64,000 bases of DNA from Lytechinus pictus (taxonomy: Eukaryota), in contig NC_087245.1 in assembly GCF_037042905.1 (NCBI RefSeq), forward strand, positions 30,258,001 through 30,322,000. The letters run 5' to 3'. Each line of letters begins with the position of its first letter. Position 1 is the first letter of the stretch. A model generated the notes under the pieces. The model was not told the origin of the DNA and did no database searches. It was given only the letters and a program-made list of their open reading frames with translations. A program made the translations under genes and the position numbers. This document shows positions 36,290-49,482 of this stretch, piece after piece.

Positions 36290-37244
36290 TGTCAGGAAAG
36301 AAATTTTATTAAAGAATGTTGCAGTGAAAGCTTAAACATGTGTTAAACATATTTAATTGGTCCAGGTAAGGGTAAGCTTATATAGACAAGCATGTACATA
36401 TGTTTTAAATATTTCAAAAGCAAGCGTTGGAAACGTTTGATACCCCCCCCCCCTCCCCTTAGAGTACAAGTGTACCAGGTTTATGTCGTATTTTATTAGA
36501 TGAAGCATTTTAATACAGGTGTCATAATTAGCCAATACAATGCTCTAGCATTGATGAATGTAGATGTTATCAGATACACAGGAAGTGTCTTGTATTGATA
36601 AGAATGTGTTGCTTTATGCACTCATCTGTTATTGAAATTCTTTGCATTACTTTATAGAAATTTTACAGTTAGTCCTAGTAACGGTATGGTATTTTAGGAG
36701 GTTAGTTTCAGTAATTCAGGGAAAAGCACCTAAGCTAGAATAGACTGCAGATGTTAGTATAGGCAATCGAAGTTAAAACTGAGGGACGACGTCGGTGACG
36801 AGATAACTACCCCAGCTGCCGCCGGTTCTCCACCAACATGATTGGTCAAAATTCATGTCATCATTGGGGCTCGATCTCGTCCACTAATTCGTTGAAGTCA
36901 CATCTCTCTGATCTGGGGGCTACTCATCAAGGGGCAACACAGTCTGCGGAGGCCGAGGCCGAGTAGAAGAGACATCGCAAGCTGCGGAGGCCAGGAACTG
37001 GGCCGACCACCAGGGCCGAGTGGGGCATGTCAGGCCAGATGAGATGATGGGGGCTCAAGTCAACAATTATTGTAAAGTTAAGTTTATCTTTCGTTACCAC
37101 TGTTCATGTATATTATCATGTACAAGAATGATTTAAGAGATTTGATTAAATCTTTTAATAACCGTATTCATCAGTTTTACGTATTTCTTGTTTGATGTCA
37201 AGCAACAGTAGGTAAATAATTTGAAAAGTCACTCCTACGTGACA
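36290..37244 (+). mobile_element. Probable solo LTR
   Basis: TGTCA...TGACA termini. Flanks TTATT/ATATT (5 bp, 1 mismatch). AT-rich U3-like start, GC-rich middle, ATTAAA near 37145. Confidence 0.45.
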
Positions 37245-37276
37245 ATATTATATACATAATTAATGAATAACTTTAC

Positions 37277-37367
37277 CTTTTTGTATGTATTCACACTCGG
37301 CTAATACTTCATGTTCCAGAGAAAAATAGACGCAGAAAAGCACGAGGTATATCTTCGCGGGGGGCAT
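37277..37367 (-). CDS. Coding exon 1 (signal peptide) of a secreted CUB-like protein
   Basis: ACG ATG then MPPAKIYLVLFCVYFSLEHEVLAECEYIQK, donor AAG|GTAAAG in phase 1. Upstream acceptor CTATTTAG puts the exon start at 37396. G+AC gives an in-frame Asp into the next exon. Confidence 0.72.
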
Positions 37368-38042
37368 CGTCAGCCCTGCGTATAGGCCGTTCTTTTCTAA
37401 ATAGTGATAATGATAATAAGAAACCTTATTTATCTAGCCGTGGTAGCCACTTCAGCTCTTATAAACTGTTTTACCAGCGAATAACATATGATGTTGATGA
37501 TGATGATATCCTAATAATGATAATAACAATGATAATAATATAATCATGATTATGATTATGATTATATTAATGATAATGATAATGATAATATGTGACTTAT
37601 AAAGCGCCAAATCCACCATGTAGAGTGCTCAGGGCGCTAAAAGAAATTAAAAAAAGTATAAAAAATTTTCAAGAACATTTTTTAAGGGCTCAACAGATAC
37701 AATTATTATTAACACCTTTCTCATATATCGAGTGCATGACAAGAAGGCAGAATGCCACATTTTTCACAGTCTTTGATATGACTCAACTTGGGATTGAACC
37801 CATGATTTCGTCAGTATGGATAGACAGTTTCCCGCGTTGACGCATTTTATCATCCAAGAGTAAAAATTTGATCGTTTCACTTTGTGAGCAGCTGATTTAA
37901 AATATTCTCAATCTAAGATGGAACATATGCATTAGTGCCTGTATTTTTCTTTAAAAAACCTGAAACAGACCGCAATGTAGGATGAAAAACTCTAATTTAG
38001 ACACAAGTAGCAATTTATTAGCGGGATTTTGAGAACCGTCTG

Positions 38043-40575
38043 CACAGCAAAAACTGTGGTGTTAACCGGTGTACATATAGGACCACACCAGTTGTTTTAC
38101 ACCGGTGTTAAATTGGTGGTGCTCGTTTTACACCCATAGGTGTTATTACAACACCTTTGGTTGTTACATTTACACTCTTTGGTGTTATGTTCAATCTCTA
38201 GGGTGTAATTTTAACACCTCAGGGTGTAGTCCTCTATTAACATCAACTGGTGTCAGTTTTAACACCACAGTTTTTACAGTGTGTAAGACACAGCTTGTGC
38301 TCATTTTTCCCAAATTCAAAAGGTCTGTTCCAAGCTGTCTTGCGTCTCTTCTGCTTTGTGTATCTCATATGCACACACTATTATTAGCTGCACTGTGCAT
38401 TCACTGTTACCTTGTATAAACTGTATGTACATGTAGGTCATGTTGGTTTCATGAAGATTTTGTGTGTTGTGGTGCACAGATTCGCTTTATACGCATATAG
38501 TCCTTAAAACCAACCCCCAATTTTTTTCAAACTTTGGTTTACATCTCCAAAGTTTTAAAAATAGATATGATACTTTGAAACTTTTGGGATTGTATTTTCA
38601 ACTGTAAGCCTAAAGTTTAGCCCATATTTAAGAATCAAAATGAGAACCTTTCAAATCATAACAAAGTGAAATTATCACTTTAAGGTTTGAAATTGATCAA
38701 TTGGATGGATTTGAAATAGGATTTAAATTGATTAATTCATTTAATAATATTTCTAAGTGTCCATAAATGGTCCCTTGTAAATGTTCTTTTTTATTTTTAT
38801 TAAGTAGTAAATGATAAAACTAAAAATTATGAACCTGATCGTGACAAAACTCAAATTATTAAACACTTAAGTATTAAACCTATTATCCTGAGATTATCAA
38901 AGATTACCCCATCCCCCTAAACACACAAAATCTCCCACCTTTTTACACAAATTCCTATTATTGATTTTCACAGGCTGACACAACTTACTGGTTCGGTTTT
39001 CTGAAAAAGAAATTTATAAAAACTATTTCCTTGAAAAAAAAAAATCATTTTTTTTTGTCTACCTATTATTATTATTATTATTATAAATATCATCATCACT
39101 ATTATCATTATCATCATCGTTATTATCATAATCATTATTATACAATGTTATTTTTACTGTTTAGGTCCACAATAAAAAAATGCATCATACTCAGCAAAAA
39201 GTGTGGTGTTAACCGGTGTACATAGAGGACCACAACAGTTATTTTACACCGGTGTTAAATTGGTGGTGTTAGTTTTACACGTTTAGGTGTTATTACAACA
39301 TCATGGTTGTTACATTTACACTCTTTGGTGTTATGTTCAATCTCTAGGGTGTAATTTTAACACCTCAGGGTGTAGTCCTCTATTAACATCAACTGGTGTC
39401 AGTTTTAACACCACAGTTTTTACAGTGTGTAAGACACAGCTTGTGCTCATTTTTTCCAAATTCAAAAGGTCTGTTCCAAGCTGTCTTGCGTCTCTTCTGC
39501 TTTGTGTATATCATATGCACACACTATTATTAGCTGCACTGTGCATTCACTGTTACCTTGCATAAACTGTATGTACATGTAGGTCATGTTGGTTTCATGA
39601 AGATTTTGTGTGTTGTGGTGCACAGATTCGCTTTATACGCATATAGTCCTTAAAACCAACCCCCAATTATTTTCAAACTTTGGTTTACATCTCCAAAGTT
39701 TTAAAAATAGATATGATACTTTGAAACTTTTGGGATTGTATTTTCAACTGTAAGCCTAAAGTTAAGCCCATATTTAAGAATCAAAATGAGAACCTTTCAA
39801 ATCATAACAAAGTGAAATTATCACTTTAAGGTTTGAAATTGATCAATTGGATGGATTTGAAATAGGATTTAAATTGATTAATTCATTTAATAATATTTCT
39901 AAGTGTCCATAAATGGTCCCTTGTAAATGTTCTTTTTTATTTTTATTAAGTAGTAAATGATAAAACAAAAAATTATGAACCTGATCGTGACAAAACTCAA
40001 ATTAATAAACACTTAAGTATTAAACCTATTATCCTGAGATTAACAAAGATTACCCCATCCCCCTAAACACACACAATCTCCCACCTTTTTACACAAATTC
40101 CTATTATTGATTTTCACAGGCTGACACAACTTACTGGTTCGGTTTTCTGAAAAAGAAATTTATAAAAACTATTTCCTTGAAAAAAAAAAATCATTTTTTT
40201 TTGGTCTACTTATTATTATTATTATTATTATAAATATCATCATCACTATTATCATTATCATCATCGTTATTATCATAATCATTATTATACAATGTTATTT
40301 TTACTGTTTAGGTCCACAATAAAAAAAATGCATCATACTCAGCAAAAAGTGTGGTGTTAACCGGTGTACATAGAGGACCACAACAGTTATTTTACACCGG
40401 TGTTAAATTGGTGGTGTTAGTTTTACACCTTTAGGTGTTATTACAACATCATGGTTGTTACATTTACACTCTTTGGTGTTATGTTCAATCTCTAGGGTGC
40501 TATTTTAACACCTCAGGGTGTGGTCCTCTATTAACACCAATTTGTGTCAGTTTTAACACCACAGTTTTTACAGTG
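38043..40575 (+). repeat. Recent ~1.15-kb tandem duplication bounded by three copies of a ~240-bp MITE
   Basis: TAAGACACAGCTTGTGCTC at about 38284 and 39430. MITE CAGCAAAAAnTGTGGTGTTAA...CACCACAGTTTTTACAGTG at about 38043, 39190 and 40338. Confidence 0.92.
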
Positions 40576-40689
40576 TATAAATAAACATTGATGCAAGGTC
40601 TTTGAACACAATAATGAACATAAACAGAAAATAGAATGTGCAACAGGAGGATGCTGACAAAAAAAATAAAAACAGGTACGAGAATTTGC

Positions 40690-41078
40690 ATACATTCGTA
40701 ATTCCGAAGGTTCGTATTTTCGAAGGTTCGTTAGTCCGAAAACGAAATGATTAACGAACCTTATTTCGTTTTCGGACTAACAACCTTCGGAACAACGAAG
40801 CTTATTTCGTTTTCGGATTAATGAACCTTCGGAACAACGAAGCTTATTTCGTTTTCGGATTAACGAACCTTCGGAACAACGAAGCTTATTTCGTTTTCGG
40901 ATTAACGAACCTTCGAAACTTCGAACCTTATTTTGTTTTTGGATTATCGAACCTTCGGAATAACGCCACAAATGTTCGGATTAACAAACCCTTTTGCGCT
41001 TTCGGATTAACGAACATCGAGGTATAGGTAATTTACATGTTTCGGAATTACGAACCTTCGGAATTACGAAGTGTAACC
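40690..41078. repeat. MITE-like palindrome with a 39-bp internal minisatellite
   Basis: Ends TTCGTAATTCCGAAGGTTCGTA and its reverse complement. Unit TTCGGATTAACGAACCTTCGGAACAACGAAGCTTATTTCGTT-like, about 5 copies. Confidence 0.85.
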
Positions 41079-41397
41079 CGAGAATTAAGTATGAGGAAAA
41101 CGTTATTGAACAAAATATAAGATAGCATGCTTGATACAAGTTTTTGCATAGTTTACGATTTTTTTTTGCCTGTGACCTTTGATAAAATAACGCAGGCTTC
41201 AAGAGTGAGAATTTGAAAACTGTAAAATTTTCTCACTTCAAGGAAAATTCAAAACTAAGAAATGATACAGTGATGCAATTATAAATAAACGAATGAACGA
41301 ATTAATGTCAGTAAATGAACCATTGATGAATTAATCGATTAGGCCTACTTAATGTGTAGATGAATGAAAAAATACATGAAAATAATCATAAGTTTAC

Positions 41398-41630
41398 CTC
41401 GATGAATTTGAAATGGATGTCTTCTCTGTGAGCGGGCCCGTGGATCTCAAATATACGACGAGCCTTATGAAATGATAGGAGACATCACAGTATGAGTTGT
41501 TATTAATGGTGTTTTTTAATCAAAATGATAGTATTTATAAGATGAAGAAGCTGTCATCCTCTTTGAAAAGCGTCACGTGATGGTGAGATAATTTATACGC
41601 ATGCGCTTTATTTCCCTTTCCCAATCGTTC
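41398..41630 (-). promoter_or_regulatory. Putative 5' UTR exon and core promoter of the CUB-like gene
   Basis: Donor GAG|GTAAAC at 41397. Minus-strand TATAAAT at about 41591-41597. TCACGTGA E-box at 41573-41580, NRF1-like CGCATGCGC at about 41598-41606, CCAAT at about 41621. Unique sequence. Confidence 0.45.
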
Positions 41631-41864
41631 TCTTAAACATACGCACCCCGCTGTGTCTTTATTGTTCTACAGGTCAGTTTAATACAAGCCTTTTAGAATT
41701 ATATTTTTCCTTAATCGTCTTCATACCTATTCTTTATATGTATCCCCATCTTATCTTGGCTCCCCATTCTCTCTCTTCAATTATTTTAATTTGACTGTTG
41801 TATTTCAAATAACACATCTTAACCCATGCGCCAACTAATTCTGTTTCAATCTCTTGATTTATCA

Positions 41865-41867
<3 letters not shown>

Positions 41868-41942
<75 letters not shown>
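41868..41942. repeat. (TA)n microsatellite
   Basis: Pure TA run. Others at about 45488-45517 and 60092-60152. Confidence 0.98.
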
Positions 41943-41945
<3 letters not shown>

Positions 41946-42631
41946 GCAATGGGGATACACACATGAAAGTCGACCCTGAGTCAACCGACTTGAAGTCATT
42001 GACTCAGGGTCATGTTCAGAACTTTTTTTTAGCTCGGAGAGTGTACTGCGGGCGGCAACGGAGTGCTATATCACGATTGCAGTTTCTTTCAGTTGATTTT
42101 TCTTACATGTTGTCTGTTTTCTTGATAACTGTTCAAATGGTTTGAGTTATTGCTTGGTTATTCATCTCTATTTGCGTTTCCTGTATTAATTATAATGCCT
42201 TAATAACAAAATAATGAGTCTAGATTTGTCATTGTAATGTTCCACGCAGAGCGATTAATGTGGGGTTGTGGTCGCTTATTAGAACAGCCACTATACGTAC
42301 GTGCATAGACCTACTGCGTACTCTGCGGAGCGAGAGCTGATTTTGAGTAATTGTGTAGTCTTATTCCAGGAATGAATAAATAAGTAAAATAATAATTATG
42401 ACAATGCTCTAAAATTGTTTTGTTTTGTTTTTGTTGTTCAAACTGTGGTGTGATATTATGGTTCGACGCTTATATTCCAAGATTCGTCAATTTTGACATC
42501 CAATAAAGTGTACTGACAGTGGCGTAGGCCTACTTCTGGTAGGGTTTGTGTCTTTGTGGGGCGCGCTGTTGTTCCCCCATCCCCCCCCCCGCCCATCCCC
42601 CATATTTTCTTCAAAAGGTTTGTGTGTGTAT

Positions 42632-42665
<34 letters not shown>

Positions 42666-45484
42666 CAACCACTGGGCGTACTCCCCCTGTTCGGCGGCCA
42701 AAAAAAGAAAAGAAAAGAAAATTAACTCAATCGTATAAAGTATAGATATCAAAGTAGACAATCAATAGACAAAATAAATATCAAAATAGACAAATTCGAA
42801 TTAGACGATGAAGGTCCTTATACTTTTTCGTAAAGGGTGTATATTTGTCTCCCAATTGTTATTAGGTAATCTTTATTATCCAACAAGAGATAGAATACGG
42901 AAACAACAATAATTCTTGGGAAAAAAAGTCACATCTTTACTCTTGTAATTATTCTGTAATTTTAGGAAGGGATTTCAATATAATTCTAAATGAGTCTTTT
43001 GATTACATGGGACCTAAAACTCATTCACAGACTAGGTTTTCAAGTAGCTTGGACCTGTTTCTTAAGAAATGTGATTTGTCAGATATATGGAGGAAAAGAA
43101 ACCCAAGCAGGAAACAATAACACTTTTAGGCAAAAGAGCCCACCGGTACAAACACACTTAGATTATAGGTTTGAATCTCCTCATCAAACAAAAACAAAAT
43201 GGCATGAGGTAGTATGATACATGTCAGGCTAAATTAAATGTCCCTAGACGTAATGTACTTAAATGAAAACTCATTTAGTTAGCCATAACTTCAAATTAAG
43301 TTAATACTACCCAAATAAACCTCAAGTCATCTTACAAAACCATGTCATCACTCTCAGTCGATTATAAGTCGATTATAAGAGGTTGTTTTATTTTCAGTTT
43401 TATGCAAAACATAATATGAACTGCCTCCCCCCACCAAAAAAAAAAATACCTAGACAGGATATGGAATATGGTAATGTTTACTAGACATGAAAATCCATTA
43501 AGGGAGCCTTAACAACTTCAAGTAAAGTAAGTACTACAAGGTACTAAAAAAAATACATACAAAAATGTATACATTAAGACATGGGCAGGATATTGGAATA
43601 AAGTAATGTTATCTAGTCCTGAAAATCCAACAAGTGAGCCATAATAACTTCAGGTAAGGTAAATACCACCTTTATTGACCTCAGGTAAGCAACATAAAAC
43701 ATATCATTATTTTGATTCGATTTTAATAAGGTATATAGTCACACGGCAGAGGTTGTATTATTTTCAGCTTCCTGCTAGAGTAAGATACCAACTGCTCTAC
43801 CCCCCCCCCAAAAAAAAGAAGATTATATTAAGATATTGACAGGATATTGGAATAAGGTAATCTTATCTAGTCCTGAAAATCCACAAAGTGAGCCATGATA
43901 ACTTGAGGTAAGATGAACACCACCATTATTGACCTCAAGTCAGCAAACTAAAACATATCATCACTTTGAGTCGATTTCAATGAGGGATATATTACTTTAG
44001 ATACTTTATATATTTTAGGTCAGTTTCACGCTAAAGTAAGATACCAACTGCTCCCCCCCCCCCCCAAAAAAAAAAAAAAAAAAAAAAAAAATAGATAAAT
44101 AAATAAATAAATAAATAAAAAAGAAAAAGAAAAGAAAAAACTATTATGGGAATAACGTAATGTTATCTATTCCTGAAAATCCACAAAGAGAGTCATAACA
44201 ACTTGAGGTAAGATGAACACCACCATTATTGACCTCAAGACAGCTAAGTAAAACATATCACTTTGAGTCGATTATATTAAGGGATATAAGGTAATGTAAT
44301 CTATTCCTGAAAATCCACAAAGAGAGTCATAACAACACACAGTCCCATTCGCACGAAATCGCGTGGGCATTGCTGCGTTAAGTCTCCATGCTGCAGAACT
44401 ACTGGCGAGGAATGTGCGTCTTTAAATATCAACTCCCCCCCCCCAAAAAAAAAAAATAAATAAATAAAATAAATAAATAAATAAATGAATAAATGGGAAA
44501 AAATAGTGTGATTATGCCGGGATAAATTAAATGTCTCTAAACAATGTACACACATGAAAACCATAAAGTGACCCAAAACTTCAAGTAAAGTTAATACTAC
44601 CCACAAAACCCTCAAGTCATCTAATAAAAAAAACATGTCATCACTTTTAGTCAGTTACATGAAGGAATATAATCACACGACTGAGGTTGTTTTATTAAGT
44701 TTTATGCAAAATCATGATATCAATCCCCCCGCTGGAAAGAAAAGTCATAGACAGGGTATGGGATGAGGTAACGATATCTAAACATGAAAATCCATCAAGC
44801 TAGCATTAAAAGCATGAAAATATAAAGTACATCTCATTTTAACACACGTGTTTATAATACAAACAGAAGAACAAACACCCCCCACACACACACACACACA
44901 TACACACACAAACTCAATGATGGCACACACACAGATGTATACACAAACACATACACACACAGACACAAACACATACACATAGACAGACACACAGGCACAT
45001 GCACACACACAAACTTTAAGTTTACGTTTTGGAGAAAATATGGGGTAACTGCAGCCCTGGAAACCCTACTAATCTAGGCCTCAGTACACTTAATTGGATG
45101 TATTCCAAATTGAATTGAATGAACAAATATTTTGGTGATTAATCTTAGAACCATGATATTCAACTAGAAAAAAAAATCCAAATTTTACTCTTTTTTTTCT
45201 TAGTTATTTATTCGTTCCTGGAATAAGACTACACTATTTCACAAAATCACCTCTCGCTCCGCAGAACACACAGCAGTTCTATGAATGTACGTAGTGGCTG
45301 TTCTAATAAGCGATCACACCCCCAACTGTGTTTCCCATCGTGAAAGCACTCCATTGCCGCCCGTAGTACACTCTCCGAGCTCAAAAAAATTCTAAGTTCT
45401 GAACATGAATGACCCTAAGTCAATGACTTCGAGTCCGTTGACTCAGGGTCTACTTTCAGGTGTGTATCTCCATTGCTCCATTGC

Positions 45485-45488
<4 letters not shown>
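41942..45488. mobile_element. Long-TIR non-autonomous element flanked by (TA)n on both sides (copy 1)
   Basis: TGCAGCAATGG...GAAAGTCGACCCTGAGTCAAC... at the left and a diverged reverse complement at about 44880-45488, including (TG)n/(CA)n. Internal LINE endonuclease fragment and ~250-300-bp subrepeats (43250-44800). Confidence 0.82.
42850..43190 (+). pseudogene. L1/Tx1-like AP-endonuclease fragment (frameshifted)
   Basis: GNLYYP, ILGRDFN, L.DIWR..NP...TF, LDY motifs. Same fragment as 63145-63552. Confidence 0.7.
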
Positions 45489-45529
<41 letters not shown>

Positions 45530-45955
45530 GTATGTATATATACTTGTATGTTCGAGTTCCATCATATTCAATCCTTTTAGTTGTAATTATTTCCATCGTT
45601 TTGTTAAGCTTTTGAATAGATCTAGATATATTTATTCTATTTTTTAATATAAAAATGAAATGGTTTTCAAATCAAATAACATCTTATATTAGAGAGAAAA
45701 AATCCCTTTACTATAATTGTGTTTTAACTGCATTTAAATTTGTTAGCGAAGGCTGCAATTGAAAAGTGTTGAATTATAAATGATTTCAAATAATTTCTTT
45801 ATTGGTGTATATGAAAGAGTAAAATTGTTAAAATTATTCACCGTAAATGTCAAAAATGCTCAGTTGCAAAATCTAGTTCTAGTCTTATCTAATTGCGCTA
45901 CTAAAGTATTACAAATGTATTTGGCATGTTTGGTGTGCATTTTTTTAAATAGCTA

Positions 45956-46155
45956 CACTCTAAAAAAAGTTTACCCAATATTGGGTAAAATGGGAACATG
46001 CATGTTGGTTGGGTAAAAAGTTACCCAGTATGGTGTCAATTTAACGCAATGTTGCGTTGAAATTGCCCAATATGGGGTAAAAAGATACCCAGCAAACATG
46101 CATGTTCCTTTTCTACCCAATATTGGGTTAAGTTTTACTCAGTGTTTTTAGAGTG
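45956..46155. mobile_element. Tc1/mariner-type MITE, same family as 23758-23987
   Basis: TA|CACTCTAAAAA...TTTTTAGAGTG|TA. Confidence 0.85.
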
Positions 46156-46419
46156 TAGTGTATAACATACTAGGGCCTAACGGTAAATTAGTCTTGCCCC
46201 CAGTCTGATAAAAAAAAAACAATCAGAACAGAGCAAGCGTGCGCACAAACTCCCTTTTGGGATGTTAATTCCATACACTTTTTTGTGTTCAACACATTTT
46301 GTCACAGCATTTGTCACATTTGTATTCTTTTTTTAATATTTATTTTGTTTTATCAAGTAGACCTCCTGATTTGTTTGTAGGTTTGTGTTAATAGTATCAA
46401 TTGAGTGTTTTTTTAAACA

Positions 46420-47055
46420 ATACATTTCCAGACCCATAAGAAAGTTAATAATTATATGAATTAAGAACTATATTAATAAAAGATTTATCATTGTAATCAT
46501 AAAGACTGACGTATGAAAAAATATAAAGACTGACGTATGAAAGTGTTTTTTCTCGCATCGCTTTTATGCTGAATATCCTCCTCTCTAAAAGGTGATTGTC
46601 TTATACTTTGATTGACGAATGAAGAATAAGAATATTATAAAGTAAATGTTTTTATAATATATTTCCAGACCCATAAGAAATTTAAAGTTAATATAAATCG
46701 AGAACTTTGTTAATAAAATATTTATCATTATAATTGTATAGACTGACGTGTGAAAGTGTTTTATTGCATCGTTTTTATGCTGAACATCTTCCTCCACTTT
46801 GAAGAGTAATTGTCTTATACTTTGATTGACGAATGAAGAATAAGATTATTATAAAGTAAATACTTTTATAATATATTGCCAGACCCATAAGAAATTCAAA
46901 GTTAATATAAATCGAGAACTTTGTTAATAAAAGATTTATCATTATAATTGTATAGACTGACGTGTAAAAGTGTTTTATTGCATCGTTTTTATGCTGAACA
47001 TCTTCCTCCACTTTGAAGAGTAATTGTCTTATACTTTGATTGACGAATGAAGAAT
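46420..47055 (+). repeat. ~214-bp tandem repeat, 3 copies
   Basis: CCAGACCCATAAGAAA at about 46428, 46665 and 46879. Confidence 0.88.
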
Positions 47056-48091
47056 ATTTTAATGAAAACACGTTTGATCGTCAGCTTTTTGAGTAATTTG
47101 GTTTAATTTGAATTTACATTCATCCATATCCAATAATGGACATCAGTCAGGATTTTATCTCCATTTAATGTATTTTTCTTCATTGCTATTTTCAGGAGCG
47201 AGGAAAAGGATATTACAATTTAATCAGGCGTTATCATTAACTCGGTATATACAAGTCAAATCGGAAATGTTTTTTTTTTTTATTTATCATCATTTTGCCG
47301 ACAAAAAGCCCTTTGACGCATCAACCGTAATCGTCATTCTTTTGAATTTAAAAAGCAAATAAGATTCTTTTTCTCTCAATTTGCCATAGATGATGCTAAT
47401 TTCATGCTTGATTGTCCATCCATCACTTCCCGAGCACTAAGGTAGGTGAAAATCAATTTCATGGATCGACTGATGATTTTTATGATTTCAAAGGATAAGT
47501 TGATCATTTTTGTATTTGACGATTGTTCTTGAATGTTGAATACCTTTCAAGTGAGGAAAATCCAAGGCAAAATGTTTGGGTGGCATTATTAATAAGTTAT
47601 TATTAGTATTATTTAACAAAAGACACTGAGTCAACGGAGATATTCACTTGGTCTCCTAATTTTGCCAAAATTCTCTATGGTCTCTCATTATATCAAATAA
47701 CTTTAAAAATGTAGGACCACATCTCTTCCCAACAAAAATCGCATACATTGTTTTATGTAAATCATAAGTAATTTTCGATATGATTTACATAAAACAACAA
47801 CTAAAATAGTTAAAACATAATTGTATCGTATCTGATATCAATAGAATGTTGGTACATTTCATGTATGAATTACTTAAAATAATTATGAACGAAAACTAAT
47901 CGTAGAACAAAGCTATTTCATACTGGGAGAAAAGAAAGTGCTACTAGCGAAAGTCGTTCTTTCTATTCATTGATGCATTCCTGCAAATGATTTCGCAACA
48001 AATCATTAATAGTAGAAGTTGCGGGACAGCCCCGCGACCGTCGCGGTGTTCCTTCAGTGTAAAGGCACACCGCTACAACACCGGGATAAAC

Positions 48092-49376
48092 CCCCGGGGG
48101 TGGGAGGGGGCACTCGACCAAAAAGTGGTAGGGGTGTGCCGCGGGCGAGACAAAAAACGGGGGCCTTGGAGCGAGCTCATTGTAAAAAGGAGAGTCCTCG
48201 GAACGGGCTTCGGAACTACAAATGTTTGTGAAAACGGGGGTCCTTGGAACGGGTCGCCTGCGTGCGAGTGCGTATGCATCTGTAGTGATTTGCAGACTTG
48301 TCTATTTTTATGCATAACCGTGTAGTTCTTCTTTGTCGTATATTAACCAATCACGATCAACAACTGTCAGGCGAACTTTTCACTCGATCGACCAATCAGA
48401 GACGTTCTACCAAAAAACTTTGTTTTTCCACGCTCTCTGATTTGGGATTCGCAGAACTCTTACAAAAACTGCTACTGATATTCTTTTTGGAACGAAGGAA
48501 GCATTTTTATCGACTGTTTTGCATCTTCGTTTAGTATTCAATGTTTTGTACTGAACACTGGTTCTTTCCTTCACCGAAGCTTTGGCGTTCGGAGCCTCAG
48601 TCACCCGTTCACCGCTACTGATTTCTTGATAGCTGATGATTGAGTTTCTTCTTCTTCGCCCCGAGCACTAACTTTACTTTAGCACTGCCGCTGCACAGTT
48701 CCTTATTTATTTTTGGACGGAAATTTTCAAAGTTTTCAACGATAGTCAGAAAATCGTTGATTTAGCTCGTTTCCAGCTTTCGACATTGTTTTCAATGATA
48801 ATTTGAGAATCATTGATTTAGCTCGCCCTGAACTTTCAACGTTACCTTCTGTAATCGTTTGAGCACTGTTTAATTTTGCTCATATTCTGAACTTCGCAGT
48901 TGTGATTCTACAGTTACTCAACTTTGTCTTCAACTTCAAGCAACAGCTCATTTATCGAACTTAACTTGATATCCGGATATATCCTAATTCTTCTGCTGAT
49001 ATTTGCTATATATTTCTTTTGTTGATTATTGTTAACGATTTTGGCTGATTGTGATAATTTATCGTGTGAATACTGGTTGTAAAGTATGTCTAGATATTAT
49101 AGACCAGAATCATTTTAAATCATATCCACTTTCTCTTGCGTGTGTTCATTCGTCTGTATGGGCAGAGTCAAAAATAGGTGGTCTCACGTGACAACCTCAC
49201 CGTCAACGTGATCCCCCCCCCCCCACTAAACTTCCCTATGGAACGTACATGTTTGTTTTTCTCAATAAGACAAAAATGCTATGCCTAATTGGAAGGGAAA
49301 TTTAAGTGTGAAAATGGGGGTCCCCTCCGCGGCACATATACCCACTATGCATACTGAGTGCCCCCCCCCCCCGGGG
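48092..49376. mobile_element. Mutator-like non-autonomous element
   Basis: CCCCGGGGG..GGGGGCACTC / GAGTGCCCCC..CCGGGG ends. 9-bp TSD GGGATAAAC (48083-48091, 49377-49385). Confidence 0.75.
48281..49193 (+). mobile_element. LTR-like insertion inside the Mutator-like element
   Basis: TGTAG...GTGACA, two CCAATCA boxes, and an end motif ACGTGACA shared with 37237-37244. No TSD found. Confidence 0.4.
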
Positions 49377-49406
49377 GGGATAAACCACTTGTGATATGTG
49401 TACTGT

Positions 49407-49482
49407 GGGGGCGTCGTGGTCTAGTGGTTATGATCGACTCTCGTCTTTCAATCTGAAGGACGTGGGTTCGATTCACCGCCAT
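49407..49482 (+). mobile_element. Degenerate tRNA-derived SINE head
   Basis: GGGGCGTCGTGGTCTAGTGGTTA (A-box) ... GGGTTCGATTC (B-box). Cloverleaf is broken. Confidence 0.65.

Noticed and set aside
41734..41964. ORFs with (IY)n, (HT)n or (CV)n and K/R- or F/L-rich low complexity, here and at 5088-5373, 42456-42761, 44778-45008 and 59961-60314
   Set aside because: They are translations of microsatellites or purine/pyrimidine tracts.
47465..48660. Hammerhead ribozyme cores at CTGATGA matches (also about 14987, 17911, 58577, 61034)
   Set aside because: No flanking stems with a correctly placed GAAA were seen.
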